A program made the translations under genes and the position numbers. From the IMG/VR virus record IMGVR_UViG_3300023106_000004, positions 1 through 55,987 of that record: a DNA stretch of 55,987 nucleotides. The stretch is one strand, 5' to 3'. Positions 9,117-17,472 of this stretch are shown in pieces. Below the pieces are notes generated by a model. It did no database searches, was not told the origin of the DNA, and saw nothing but the letters and a program-made list of their open reading frames with translations. This DNA is from a virus. How positions within the stretch are numbered: position 1 is the first letter of the stretch; each line of letters begins with the position of its first letter.

Positions 9117-10129
9117 TAAACGCTCATTCCCATAATTCCGCCGCGCACCTTATCGCCAAAGAATAAAGTTAAATGCCTGTCATTCACTTCAAAGTGTACA
9201 CTGTGGGCATATGGGCGAATCAGTTTCAAATAATTCAAATTGAATGCTAAACCCGGTTTGATACCTTCAATATCATACGTTGTTGCATTTTCCAATTTTA
9301 CACCATTTGACATTTTACCGTCAAGAAAATAAATTTTATTGTCAGTTGTAAACGGTGCTACGTTTTCTAACGCTTCATAAAATCCTGCCGGTAACGGCCA
9401 CGGATTAGAAGCTACGTCTAAAATTAGTTCGTATTTAGGGTAACCGTCAACAAACAATTGCGACTTAATAAAACTACCATCTTCAAAGTAGAACGTTGCA
9501 CTGTTCGCACTAAAACCAAAAGACTTTAGCGGTTTGTCTGATTTAACAATTGCATTAGCGGATGCCTTTGGTAATAGGATATTTGGCGGTAAATCGATTC
9601 CGTGCCACGCTTCAATAATAACGTGTCCATTGGTAGCTACTGAGGTATTGGCCTGAAGCAACACGCTGCATTTAAAAGGTCTGTCGGCCTTGTCATCAGC
9701 AAGGGGCAGGCAAGCCGCTAGCGCGGTTTTTAGAGCATCGGTAAGGGTAGCAACAGGCGGGTCCGGTTCGATGCCTGGAATGTCGGAAAAGGGCACGCAT
9801 GGGACCAATGCGCGGAACTTGCCCGACTTGATAGACAAGCGCCCGCTATCCAGTTCGGTAATTGAAATTGCTTCTTTGCACTTTGACAGTGCTGCAATTA
9901 ACGTATTGGTGTGCGGACAAACGTTTAGTGTTTCGTCAACATAGTGGCCTGCTGCTAAACCGCCATCAAAGCCCGTTACCGTACCGCCTGCAATGCGACA
10001 ATGCATTTGCATCGGTGTTCCGTCTGAATGCTGTGCTACTGAAATAAACTTCAATGCTTCTAATAAGCTGCACCCCGGTGTAGCTTTTTCAGCGGCAGGT
10101 TTACGGGCGCGGGGTTTAGCTGTTGCCAT
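9116..10129 (-). CDS. DNA polymerase sliding clamp, bacterial beta (DnaN)-like
   Basis: LLEALKFISVAQ...; LSIKSGKFRALVPCVPFSDIP resembles the DnaN l.v.sG.s.f.l..l.a.dFP pattern; about 337 aa; translationally coupled to the polymerase gene. Confidence 0.6.
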   Translation of the reverse strand: MATAKPRARKPAAEKATPGCSLLEALKFISVAQHSDGTPMQMHCRIAGGTVTGFDGGLAAGHYVDETLNVCPHTNTLIAALSKCKEAISITELDSGRLSIKSGKFRALVPCVPFSDIPGIEPDPPVATLTDALKTALAACLPLADDKADRPFKCSVLLQANTSVATNGHVIIEAWHGIDLPPNILLPKASANAIVKSDKPLKSFGFSANSATFYFEDGSFIKSQLFVDGYPKYELILDVASNPWPLPAGFYEALENVAPFTTDNKIYFLDGKMSNGVKLENATTYDIEGIKPGLAFNLNYLKLIRPYAHSVHFEVNDRHLTLFFGDKVRGGIMGMSV

Positions 10130-10307
10130 ATAAATTATTACCGTATAAAGCGGTTGCTGTTACAGCAAACGACGAACTATAATCAATTCCTGGCTTTCCA
10201 AAAGGATTAGATTTACCATTAAATTCTAACCGTTTTTGCTTTTGTCCGCCTTCCATATGCATAATCCACAAATATGCAATAGGTTTGTCTTTTGGTTCGA
10301 TAATCAT
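10116..10307 (-). CDS. hypothetical protein (63 aa)
   Basis: ORF in an operon with overlapping start/stop; no motif recognised. Confidence 0.5.
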   Translation of the reverse strand: MIIEPKDKPIAYLWIMHMEGGQKQKRLEFNGKSNPFGKPGIDYSSSFAVTATALYGNNLYGNS

Positions 10308-10603
10308 TTGTTATCATCCGATTGTTTATCCATTTCAACTAATAAACGTTGCAAGTAATTAGCCATATCCAAAGCTTCCTCCAACGCATGATTAATCCAG
10401 TATCTCGAATCGCCTAAATTTTCATACAATGTGGTGTTGTATTTCTTAATGCCCACAGTAGACCGCGATTTAAGCTTTTCGCAAACCATATCTACAATTG
10501 GGTCTGATTTTAAACTAGCATCAAATGCTTTTAATCCACAATTACACGCGAATTTTTGGTTCATACCGCCGCCGCATTTAATACAATAAATAGTAGTTAG
10601 CAT
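10304..10603 (-). CDS. hypothetical zinc-ribbon protein with MazG-like helical C-terminus
   Basis: N-terminal CIKCGG...CNCG; C-terminal W.NHALEEALDMANYL resembles the EExxD helix of all-alpha NTP pyrophosphatases (weak). Confidence 0.5.
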   Translation of the reverse strand: MLTTIYCIKCGGGMNQKFACNCGLKAFDASLKSDPIVDMVCEKLKSRSTVGIKKYNTTLYENLGDSRYWINHALEEALDMANYLQRLLVEMDKQSDDNK

Positions 10604-10612
10604 TTTTAATCC

Positions 10613-10849
10613 TTAAAACGGAATTTCAAAATCGTGATCTTTACAACCACTTACAATAATGAAAGCTGGCGGTCTACCTTTAAACAGTAAACAGTTTTCA
10701 CTTTTTTCCTCAAAGTTACAGCAATTCATACAACTTTGCCAAGTGTAGTCACTGACAATTTTATCCTGAAATGCGATTCTGCGCAATACTTTTTCTTTGT
10801 TCAGTTCAAAAGAACCGACAATTGGCGGTGCTGGTTTGTATGCAGCCAT
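10613..10849 (-). CDS. small Cys-rich protein ending in an SSB-tip-like DFEIPF motif
   Basis: ATG at 10849, 2 nt after the helicase stop; CMNCCNF...C...C cysteines; C-terminus KDHDFEIPF. Confidence 0.55.
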   Translation of the reverse strand: MAAYKPAPPIVGSFELNKEKVLRRIAFQDKIVSDYTWQSCMNCCNFEEKSENCLLFKGRPPAFIIVSGCKDHDFEIPF

Positions 10850-10851
10850 AA

Positions 10852-12516
10852 TTAAAACTCCCAATTTATAACTTCTGGATAGCGTAAATTGGCATGCACC
10901 AACATCGCCTTAGGTTGTCGCAATTCATTTGTGCGACTCAAAAACTCATTAACCGTTTTTGGTGGTTCGGTTGCAGCGTGACGTTTCCACCATTCGCGGG
11001 CGTTGTGTCCTGGCCGTCCGGTGTGTTCAAAGCATAGAAACATATTAATAGTTCTAATGCCGAATGGGTAAATAGCTTTCACTGTGGGCGGGCTAATAAT
11101 TCCTGCTGCTTTTTGTTTACCTTCATGCCGTTGATAAATAACCGGGCGTTTAATTGGTACAGTTTCAAAAACAGGGTTTTCATCTTCTTTCATCGGTGCA
11201 TTATTAAATGCAGTAGCCGACAATTTAGTTTCAAAACTGAATTCTTCAGCGCAACCACAGCAAAATCTAACTGACGCATGGTTATATTCATCACAGCCTA
11301 AAACCCATTCTTTAGGGTCTTTGCCTTTATTAACTAGCAGTTTCTCGGCAGAGCAAATTTTAATTGGTGGCGGTTCGCCTGTTTTTTCACCCGGTTTGCG
11401 CGGCAATACAGGATCATCGATAGGACCATTGCGTCCGATATTGCCCACAAAATCCAACACCCTGCAATTGTTTTTGCCTGGACTAACCCGCGTACCGCGT
11501 CCGTATTTCTGAACGTGTTTGCCTGGGCTGCATGTGGGCTGAAAGTCTCCAATTAAATCAATACGTGGATTGTCGTAACCAGTGGTGAGCATATTAGCGC
11601 CGACAATGCACCAATATTCATCATTATCAAATGCTTCTAAACGTTTGCGGTTTGTCTCAGAATCCAATTTAGAATGCACAAAAGTTACTGACGCGCCAAA
11701 CGAATCAAGCATATTTGCAATATGTTCGGCGTTCTTTACACCGGCTGCAAATATCATGCATTTCTGCCTATCGTATCCAATCTCTAATAACTCTTTGCAA
11801 GCGTTATAGGTAATTTCATCTGTATCAACCAATGCTTCAGCCTGTTTATTATTGAAGTCTCCACCAATAATAGACAATTGCGAAACGCCGTTAATAACGG
11901 TTTTAGTGGGCTTACCAACTAGCGGGCTCAAGTAGCCTTCAGCAATCAAGCGTTTAAACCATTCGTGAGTAGTAATATCAAAACAAATATCGCTAAACAA
12001 ACCACCATCGGTAAGCTTGCCCATTTTCAAACGGTAAGGTGTGGCGGTGAATCCAATAACTTTAAGATATGGATTAATTTTAGTCAGTGCTGCAATAACC
12101 TTCAGGTATTGTGAATCTTCATCGGACCCTAATAGGTGCGATTCATCAATTAGAATCAAATCCCTATGGCCGAATGCTTCAGGGTTTTTAGCAACAGACT
12201 GCACGCCACCAAAGATAATAGGCATCATCGTATCGCGTTGACCCAATCCGGCAGAATGAATGCCAATAGGTGCGGTAGGCCAAAAGGTTTGCATTTTCTG
12301 CGCGTTTTGCAGAATTAGTTTCCAAACGTGAGTAAGCATCAATACCCGCTGATTCGGGTAGAACCTGAATACGTCGCGCAGAAAATCGGCAATAACAATT
12401 GATTTACCGGAACCTGTGGGCATACACACCAACGGGTTGCCCTTACCGCCTTTTTCGTAATAGTCGAAAATGGCGTTCTTTGCATCAGTTTGGAAATAAT
12501 GCGGGGTGATTATCAT
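10852..12516 (-). CDS. SF2 DEAD/DEAH-box DNA helicase
   Basis: Walker A MPTGSGKS, motif II LIDESH, motif III TATP, motif VI QKYGRGTR; Cys-rich C-terminal extension. Confidence 0.85.
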   Translation of the reverse strand: MIITPHYFQTDAKNAIFDYYEKGGKGNPLVCMPTGSGKSIVIADFLRDVFRFYPNQRVLMLTHVWKLILQNAQKMQTFWPTAPIGIHSAGLGQRDTMMPIIFGGVQSVAKNPEAFGHRDLILIDESHLLGSDEDSQYLKVIAALTKINPYLKVIGFTATPYRLKMGKLTDGGLFSDICFDITTHEWFKRLIAEGYLSPLVGKPTKTVINGVSQLSIIGGDFNNKQAEALVDTDEITYNACKELLEIGYDRQKCMIFAAGVKNAEHIANMLDSFGASVTFVHSKLDSETNRKRLEAFDNDEYWCIVGANMLTTGYDNPRIDLIGDFQPTCSPGKHVQKYGRGTRVSPGKNNCRVLDFVGNIGRNGPIDDPVLPRKPGEKTGEPPPIKICSAEKLLVNKGKDPKEWVLGCDEYNHASVRFCCGCAEEFSFETKLSATAFNNAPMKEDENPVFETVPIKRPVIYQRHEGKQKAAGIISPPTVKAIYPFGIRTINMFLCFEHTGRPGHNAREWWKRHAATEPPKTVNEFLSRTNELRQPKAMLVHANLRYPEVINWEF

Positions 12517-13604
12517 TTAAAGTCTAAACCCGATTCAATTTCATATTCTGTATCCTGTACTACTTTAGTAGTATTTTTAGGCTTTGTAATACTTTGCTGA
12601 GTGCCCACAGTAGCCGTTATATCTAGCCATTGCTCACAACCCAATCTTGCAAAATCTCGCGGTATGATGCCGTTATGTACTGAACAAAAGAATTCAGCAT
12701 TATCAACAGCGGAACAGTTAACGCAACTACGGCAATTTTTAACGGCAGGTTTTCCATGGTGGCAAACATCCTTGAAATCGCATAAACTTTTGCATTGGAA
12801 AAACGTAGGATTTTCGCTAATCTTAGCTGGTGGTTCCTGGCTGAAGATAATGGAATGCGCTTTGACTTCCATTTGTTCCGCTAAATTGAAATCCAGTTTA
12901 GCAACTTCAATATAAAGATCATCGTCGTTTTTATTAGCACAAATATACAATACATGCTGAATATCATAATCTGCCCCATAGATCGAATTTTGAATGTAAT
13001 GGGCAGGTTTGGCTTTAGCCAAACCTTTAGCTTCTAGGCTGTTGAAACCTGCGCCAGTGCCGCTAGTCTTTGATTCTAGAATGGCAAAGCCTGCAATGCC
13101 GTATGCACTAGGGAAAGCTACAATTCCATCTAGCGAACCGCCCAAATGGCCGGAACACTTATTCTTAATGCGCAATTGTGGATGCGTGCCGTCTGGTTTG
13201 GTTTGGCTTTCGTCGTGTGTCCAAACGGTAAAGCCCAATCCGCGCAACCATTCAGAATGTCGCTTTTCTTCTAGATGGCCGCGATTGAATAGGCGCATTT
13301 GGCGACCGTCTTTTTTACCTTGTGCTGCCCATCGGAAGCCATACCACAATGCGCGCTTGCATTCATCGCCAATTTTAGACGCGCCTAGATGCCACCTGAA
13401 GCCATCGTTATAAATAGTGGCGGTGTGTGCCTCAATCTCGCGCCTGACACGTTCAGAAACAATTGATAAAGGCGTGTCATTTAAACTAACCGGATTTGCG
13501 TCGTCCGATTTTGTCGTTTTGTCGAGCGTATCGCTCACGTTGTCGGGTTGCATTCTTTTCTTTACGCCTTTTAAATTGGATGTAGTTATTACTACTGTGG
13601 GCAC
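12513..13604 (-). CDS. PD-(D/E)XK exonuclease, Cas4/RecB-like with Fe-S cysteines
   Basis: D...ILESK (D/ExK) core; one N-terminal Cys (DECKRALWY) and a C-terminal Cys cluster (CKSLCDFKDVC...CRSCVNC). The start is uncertain: it overlaps the upstream ORF by 68-119 nt. Confidence 0.7.
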   Translation of the reverse strand: MPTVVITTSNLKGVKKRMQPDNVSDTLDKTTKSDDANPVSLNDTPLSIVSERVRREIEAHTATIYNDGFRWHLGASKIGDECKRALWYGFRWAAQGKKDGRQMRLFNRGHLEEKRHSEWLRGLGFTVWTHDESQTKPDGTHPQLRIKNKCSGHLGGSLDGIVAFPSAYGIAGFAILESKTSGTGAGFNSLEAKGLAKAKPAHYIQNSIYGADYDIQHVLYICANKNDDDLYIEVAKLDFNLAEQMEVKAHSIIFSQEPPAKISENPTFFQCKSLCDFKDVCHHGKPAVKNCRSCVNCSAVDNAEFFCSVHNGIIPRDFARLGCEQWLDITATVGTQQSITKPKNTTKVVQDTEYEIESGLDFK

Positions 13605-13980
13605 GCATAAGGTTTAATGCCAAATTCAAGTTAGAAGGCGACAATAAACCAATATGGCAATCTTCGTTATCTGGTAAATCTAATTCTTTTGCTAACCATT
13701 TATACGCATCGTCGCGGCTTAAATAACGTAATTGCCAAATAGGGTCAAATGCTTCATGCAATTTTGCACGTTTGCGTCTGATCGATGCAACCGCCATTAA
13801 TCCCATTGGATTATGTGTATTAGGATGACAGCCTACCATTGCGCCGCAATCATCGCAATAATAACAATAGGGCCATTCGCCCTTTTCAATACCATAAAGA
13901 ACAGAATTAGAAGTTAGTCCGATTCTGTCGGATTGACAGCTATCACAATTATCTGGCGGTGGTAACTGTTTCTTTTGCAT
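13486..13980 (-). CDS. zinc-finger protein (DUF3268-like)
   Basis: CDSC...CYYCDDCG pairs; basic C-terminus. Confidence 0.5.
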   Translation of the reverse strand: MQKKQLPPPDNCDSCQSDRIGLTSNSVLYGIEKGEWPYCYYCDDCGAMVGCHPNTHNPMGLMAVASIRRKRAKLHEAFDPIWQLRYLSRDDAYKWLAKELDLPDNEDCHIGLLSPSNLNLALNLMRAHSSNNYIQFKRRKEKNATRQRERYARQNDKIGRRKSG

Positions 13981-14156
13981 TACGTCAGAAACCTAAAACC
14001 AGTCTTACACTTCAATGCGGCTTCTTCAGTGCTAAACATCAATTCAGTTTGGCCGGGTTGACCCCACGATTGATATTTAACCTTACGCCACCAAACTTCA
14101 TATTTAAAATATGGCATATCGATAACTTCAGTTACTGTAGCGTCAACTAAATTCAT
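13980..14156 (-). CDS. hypothetical protein (58 aa, below the track cut-off)
   Basis: ATG at 14156; the TAA stop overlaps the ATG of the next gene (TAATG on the minus strand); translation MNLVDATVTEVIDMPYFKYEVWW... Confidence 0.4.
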   Translation of the reverse strand: MNLVDATVTEVIDMPYFKYEVWWRKVKYQSWGQPGQTELMFSTEEAALKCKTGFRFLT

Positions 14157-14196
14157 AATAAAAACCCCGACACTTATTAGGCATCGGGGTTTCTTT
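14155..14196 (-). terminator. stem-loop with flanking T tracts (possible attenuator/terminator)
   Basis: AAACCCCGA (14162..14170) pairs with TCGGGGTTT (14184..14192); T-rich on both sides. Confidence 0.4.
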
Positions 14197-14198
14197 AA

Positions 14199-14855
14199 TT
14201 ACCGCTTACCCCATGCCGGCTGTGCGCCTGCCGCTGGTGCAGCCTGTTGCGACCATCCGCCCGCCGCTGGTGCAGGGGCCGGTGCAGGGGCTGGCGCTGC
14301 TGCGGGCGGTGGTGCACCCCATCCACCCTGTGCGGCTGGTGCTGGTGCAGGGGCGGCTGCATATTGCTGCTGTGGTGCCGGTGCTGGTGCTGGTTGTCCT
14401 GCCGCTCTACCCGGTTCATTTCCATTCATATCAAACACTTTATGCACTTGCGTGAAAGGCGTAACTGTTTCACCCGCCGCCTGCTTATCGATTTGGGATT
14501 GCGTCAAAGGCTGTGCTTTAACTTCCACCACAAAAGGAATATTGTGTAATTGGCTAGTATCTTGAACCATAAACACGCCGGTAACATGGCACAGTGCCGA
14601 CAATTGCGATTCTGCAATCTGGCGCGGTTTTTCGTTAGCGTGGTATAGATTCAGCCGATGAAAGCCTGTAGCGCCCGCATGTTCACTACCCGGAATAGCC
14701 AGCAATTCAAAAACAAGCATACCGCCATTACCGTCAGCCGTACCCTTAATTTCAGATGCAGTAATAACTACAGGATATTTACCGATAGGCAATTGGCTAA
14801 ATCCGCCTTGTGATGGGTCTACTGCTTGCGCGTTGAATGGTTGTTGGAGTTGCAT
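14199..14855 (-). CDS. DUF669-like putative ssDNA-binding protein with Ala/Pro-rich C-terminal tail
   Basis: N-terminal LPIGKYPVVITASEIKGT pattern of DUF669; partner of an AAA_24/Sak4-type ATPase; C-terminal (AP)n low complexity. Confidence 0.6.
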   Translation of the reverse strand: MQLQQPFNAQAVDPSQGGFSQLPIGKYPVVITASEIKGTADGNGGMLVFELLAIPGSEHAGATGFHRLNLYHANEKPRQIAESQLSALCHVTGVFMVQDTSQLHNIPFVVEVKAQPLTQSQIDKQAAGETVTPFTQVHKVFDMNGNEPGRAAGQPAPAPAPQQQYAAAPAPAPAAQGGWGAPPPAAAPAPAPAPAPAAGGWSQQAAPAAGAQPAWGKR

Positions 14856-14867
14856 ATTAAATCTACC

Positions 14868-14900
14868 TTAAAAATGCCCACAGATAACCGCCTGTGTGGC
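14868..14900 (-). terminator. hairpin built from an imperfect inverted pair of the CTGTGGGCA word, followed by a T tract on the minus strand
   Basis: GCCCACAG (14876..14883) pairs with CTGTGTGGC (14892..14900, one bulge); AAAAA at 14870..14874 gives UUUUU on the minus-strand transcript. Confidence 0.45.
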
Positions 14901-14932
14901 TATGCGGTTTGGGTGAAAGTTAATCTTTAAGC

Positions 14933-15610
14933 CTATGTCATAGCCTTTTGAAAAATAGAGGTTAAATTAGGCGGTTCAAACGTTGCGAGTTTACCGGACC
15001 TATCGCGCGCCAAAATGTCGAATTGTTCATTACAGCAAAATGCGGTTTGTTGTCCGATAACACCCGGAATTGTATGTTTACCCAAATGAAAAACTTCATC
15101 AAACAAGTGCGGAATTTTAACATTTAATTCCTTACCAGGAAAATAAGGTTTACGTTTTTGTGCACCGGCTTGTTCTACTGTAGTTTGCTTGCAAATCAAA
15201 TACAAATGCTTTTGCGGATGGTAATTCAACTTATTCATAGTTGCCATTACTTCTTCAGCCATTTCACCATAGGCTTTCAAGCCATGCGAATGCTTATTTA
15301 GCATTTCTTCCAAAATAACTTCGCAATATTCACTAACTGAATCCACGCAAAGCGTATCATAGTTTTTAGTTTCTGCTGAAGAAAAGAACCATGTAAAGAA
15401 TTCACGTATTTCTTTCGGTTTGTTAGCTTGCCAAGTAGGGACGTTAGAACCCGCCATAGAGCGCAGACCGGGTTCGATAGATAGAAATACCGGGCGCGGT
15501 GCGGTATTAATAATAGGCGTCTTGCCTGTGCCTGGATCGCCAAACGTCAGGCATTTAACGCCGTAGAATTGGGCGATTGAACCAGCGGGGCGTAAGTCTT
15601 TAGCTTGCAT
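14933..15610 (-). CDS. Sak4-like RecA-fold ATPase (AAA_24)
   Basis: Walker A FGDPGTGKTP; about 225 aa; adjacent to the DUF669-like gene. Confidence 0.7.
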   Translation of the reverse strand: MQAKDLRPAGSIAQFYGVKCLTFGDPGTGKTPIINTAPRPVFLSIEPGLRSMAGSNVPTWQANKPKEIREFFTWFFSSAETKNYDTLCVDSVSEYCEVILEEMLNKHSHGLKAYGEMAEEVMATMNKLNYHPQKHLYLICKQTTVEQAGAQKRKPYFPGKELNVKIPHLFDEVFHLGKHTIPGVIGQQTAFCCNEQFDILARDRSGKLATFEPPNLTSIFQKAMT

Positions 15611-16009
15611 TTAGACCGCCATATGACGCATAAAATCGTCAACAGTATTGAAATGCTTTACTGTGGGCAAATGATGAAATACCGTTTCTTTGGGTCCAAT
15701 AATATAATTGGCTTTTTGCAAACCTAATGCAATTCCAAATTCTACATGTCTACCGCCACGCGAATTATTCCGGGGTTCTTCCATCAATGACACAATTGCA
15801 TCGCATGCAATAACATCTTCCAAATCTTCCAATGCGAAACGTTCACGCTCCAAATCAGCGGCTTGTTTAGATAGCCCGGTTGGCGTTACGTGGTCTGAAT
15901 CTGGCTTTACCCATCGGCTAGTAATGGTGTGACCCAAATCCATCAACTGATGCGCCAGAGCGTTGCATTCTGGACGTTTACTAAAACGTGCGGCAATATA
16001 AAATTTCAT
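15611..16009 (-). CDS. nucleoside 2-deoxyribosyltransferase-like protein
   Basis: MKFYIAARFS...; D..ACDAIV...GGRHVEFGIALGLQKANYIIG resembles the PF05014 pattern (aD.vv...d.Gt.fElGyA.a.gKpv). Confidence 0.45.
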   Translation of the reverse strand: MKFYIAARFSKRPECNALAHQLMDLGHTITSRWVKPDSDHVTPTGLSKQAADLERERFALEDLEDVIACDAIVSLMEEPRNNSRGGRHVEFGIALGLQKANYIIGPKETVFHHLPTVKHFNTVDDFMRHMAV

Positions 16010-16028
16010 TTCAGTAATTCCTAGTGTT

Positions 16029-16113
16029 TGGTGCGGCTGGCCGGAATCGAACCGGCACGCTGTGAAGCGACAGATTTTAAGTCTGTTGTGTCTACCTATT
16101 TCACCACAGCCGC
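16029..16113 (-). tRNA. tRNA-Leu (anticodon UAA), type II with long variable arm, CCA encoded
   Basis: Minus-strand read: acceptor GCGGCTG/CAGCCGC, D stem GTG/CAC, anticodon stem ACAGA/TCTGT with loop CTTAAAA, variable arm CGCTTCACAGCGT, T arm GCCGG-TTCGATT-CCGGC, then ACCA. Confidence 0.85.
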
Positions 16114-16119
16114 AATTAT

Positions 16120-16602
16120 TTATAGCTTACGGCTATTCTTTGGTGCAATGATTTCCAAAGATGGTGCACCTTCAGATGTAGTAATAGCCTTGTCAATAAT
16201 TACTTTGTACTTAGAATCAAGTTGATTGTATTCGGTTAGCGACAATTCCGCAGTCCATTTAATCAAACGTTTGGCAATCAATTCGCCTTCTGGACCACCA
16301 ATATTTTCGATAGCATCCAAAGACTCATTAATTTTTTCTTGATTCACATTGTAATTAAGTTTTTTAACGGCTTTAGCTTCATAACCGTTATTCAACTCGA
16401 CCCGTTCAGTGCCAGATTTTTTATTACTGTCAAAAGCAAATGCAACAAACTTTTTACGAAGTTCCATTTCTTTTGTCTTAGCGGTTTCAAGTTCTACTTT
16501 AGATTGTTCCCACTCAAGTAACAACGCATCACGTTTTTCTACAAATGCGTCTGCTGGCATTGCATCTTTTTCGCTGATGCTGGCAATTTCTGCTTCTGAC
16601 AT
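16120..16602 (-). CDS. hypothetical protein, Sipho_Gp157-like by size and synteny
   Basis: ATG at 16602 preceded by AAGGA. The longer track ORF overlaps the MazG gene, so the shorter start is preferred. 160 aa with a coiled-coil N-terminus, at the head of an AAA_24/DUF669 module. Confidence 0.45.
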   Translation of the reverse strand: MSEAEIASISEKDAMPADAFVEKRDALLLEWEQSKVELETAKTKEMELRKKFVAFAFDSNKKSGTERVELNNGYEAKAVKKLNYNVNQEKINESLDAIENIGGPEGELIAKRLIKWTAELSLTEYNQLDSKYKVIIDKAITTSEGAPSLEIIAPKNSRKL

Positions 16603-16684
16603 GGTTTGATCCTTAGTGAGTGTTGATGTAGCAATTCTATACGAAAATTCTACTACGTCAACACTTTGTTTTGTAACAGTTTGT

Positions 16685-17113
16685 TTAGAACTTTTTACCG
16701 TTTTCGCCCAAACGGTTAGCGATCTTGTGATCTTCACGACTTGCATTGTATTGCAATTTTTCAGCAATTGCACCGCCCAAATCCAAACCAATACCGCCAG
16801 CAAGATCGAAACAACGAATTACAGCGTCTGCCAATTCTACTTCCAACATTGGGCGATGCGGTAGCTTGTCATCCATCAAATTTTTGCGAAAACCTTCCAT
16901 GCCTTCACTAACTTCGCTATGGATCAAGCAAAGCTTTTCAGGTACGTTAATTTTCAACGTTTGCCCGTGGTCTGTACTAAGGTCTTCACCTGTTTTAATG
17001 TCAGTCCACCATCCCGATTGTTTGGCCAAATTGAAGCATGCCTGTTGCAGCGTAGATGCAGCGGTATCGACTTCACCAACGCTGTAACCTGCAATCGTTG
17101 TCTGTTCGCTCAT
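16685..17113 (-). CDS. mazG: MazG-like nucleoside triphosphate pyrophosphohydrolase
   Basis: LIHSEVSEGMEGFRK ... ELADAVIRCFDLA ... KLQYNASREDH ... GKKF, the typical phage MazG-like pattern. Confidence 0.8.
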   Translation of the reverse strand: MSEQTTIAGYSVGEVDTAASTLQQACFNLAKQSGWWTDIKTGEDLSTDHGQTLKINVPEKLCLIHSEVSEGMEGFRKNLMDDKLPHRPMLEVELADAVIRCFDLAGGIGLDLGGAIAEKLQYNASREDHKIANRLGENGKKF

Positions 17114-17274
17114 ATATGTATACCCGGTATGTTGCTGGTGCGATCTTGCGCCAGTGACTCAAGCATACCATGTATTTTTCTGTTGCGCAAGAATATTTCA
17201 CATGCTACACTTGCGCCAAAGTGCGACTACGCATCAGCCACAGCCCCGACCCTAGATACATTTTGGTTACATTT
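17114..17274. promoter_or_regulatory. divergent control region between the leftward replication operon and the rightward early operon
   Basis: 161-nt non-coding gap; CTTGCGCCA at 17145 and 17210; palindrome TTGCGCAA at 17183. Confidence 0.35.
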
Positions 17275-17472
17275 ATGCCCACAGATACCGTATGCCCTTG
17301 GTTAGACGAACCCTTGCAACGCCTACAAGAATTACCGCGTGGAACAACCCTAACGGCTGTTGCTGCGAACGCTGGCGTTCCGTTGCCCTGGTTGTCAAAA
17401 TTTGTAGCTGGCAAATACAGTTCTCCTAACATCCTGTACGTTTACCGTTTGCACTCCTACCTAACCAAATAA
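17275..17472 (+). CDS. helix-turn-helix DNA-binding protein
   Basis: ATG at 17275; TTLTAVAANAGVPLPWLSKFVAGK helix-turn-helix pattern; first gene of the rightward operon. Confidence 0.55.
   Translation: MPTDTVCPWLDEPLQRLQELPRGTTLTAVAANAGVPLPWLSKFVAGKYSSPNILYVYRLHSYLTK

Noticed and set aside
12513-13980. The 68-119-nt overlap between the nuclease gene and the upstream zinc-finger gene, considered as a sign of a frameshift or sequencing error
   Set aside because: Both frames are intact with sensible motifs. The only in-frame ATGs of the nuclease (13604 and 13553) both lie inside the overlap, and no GTG/TTG start follows the upstream stop. A genuine overlap is the simplest reading, but the true start is unresolved.
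14195-14549. Three track ORFs (14195..14425 -, 14213..14455 +, 14247..14549 +) rich in His/Pro/Arg or Cys/Trp
   Set aside because: They are alternative-frame and antisense shadows of the G+C-rich (GCN/CCN)n stretch that encodes the Ala/Pro tail of the DUF669-like gene (14199..14855). They have no start context and a nonsensical composition.
16028-16225. Track ORF of 65 aa on the + strand
   Set aside because: It is the antisense of the tRNA-Leu gene and of the 3' end of 16120..16602, so it is not coding.
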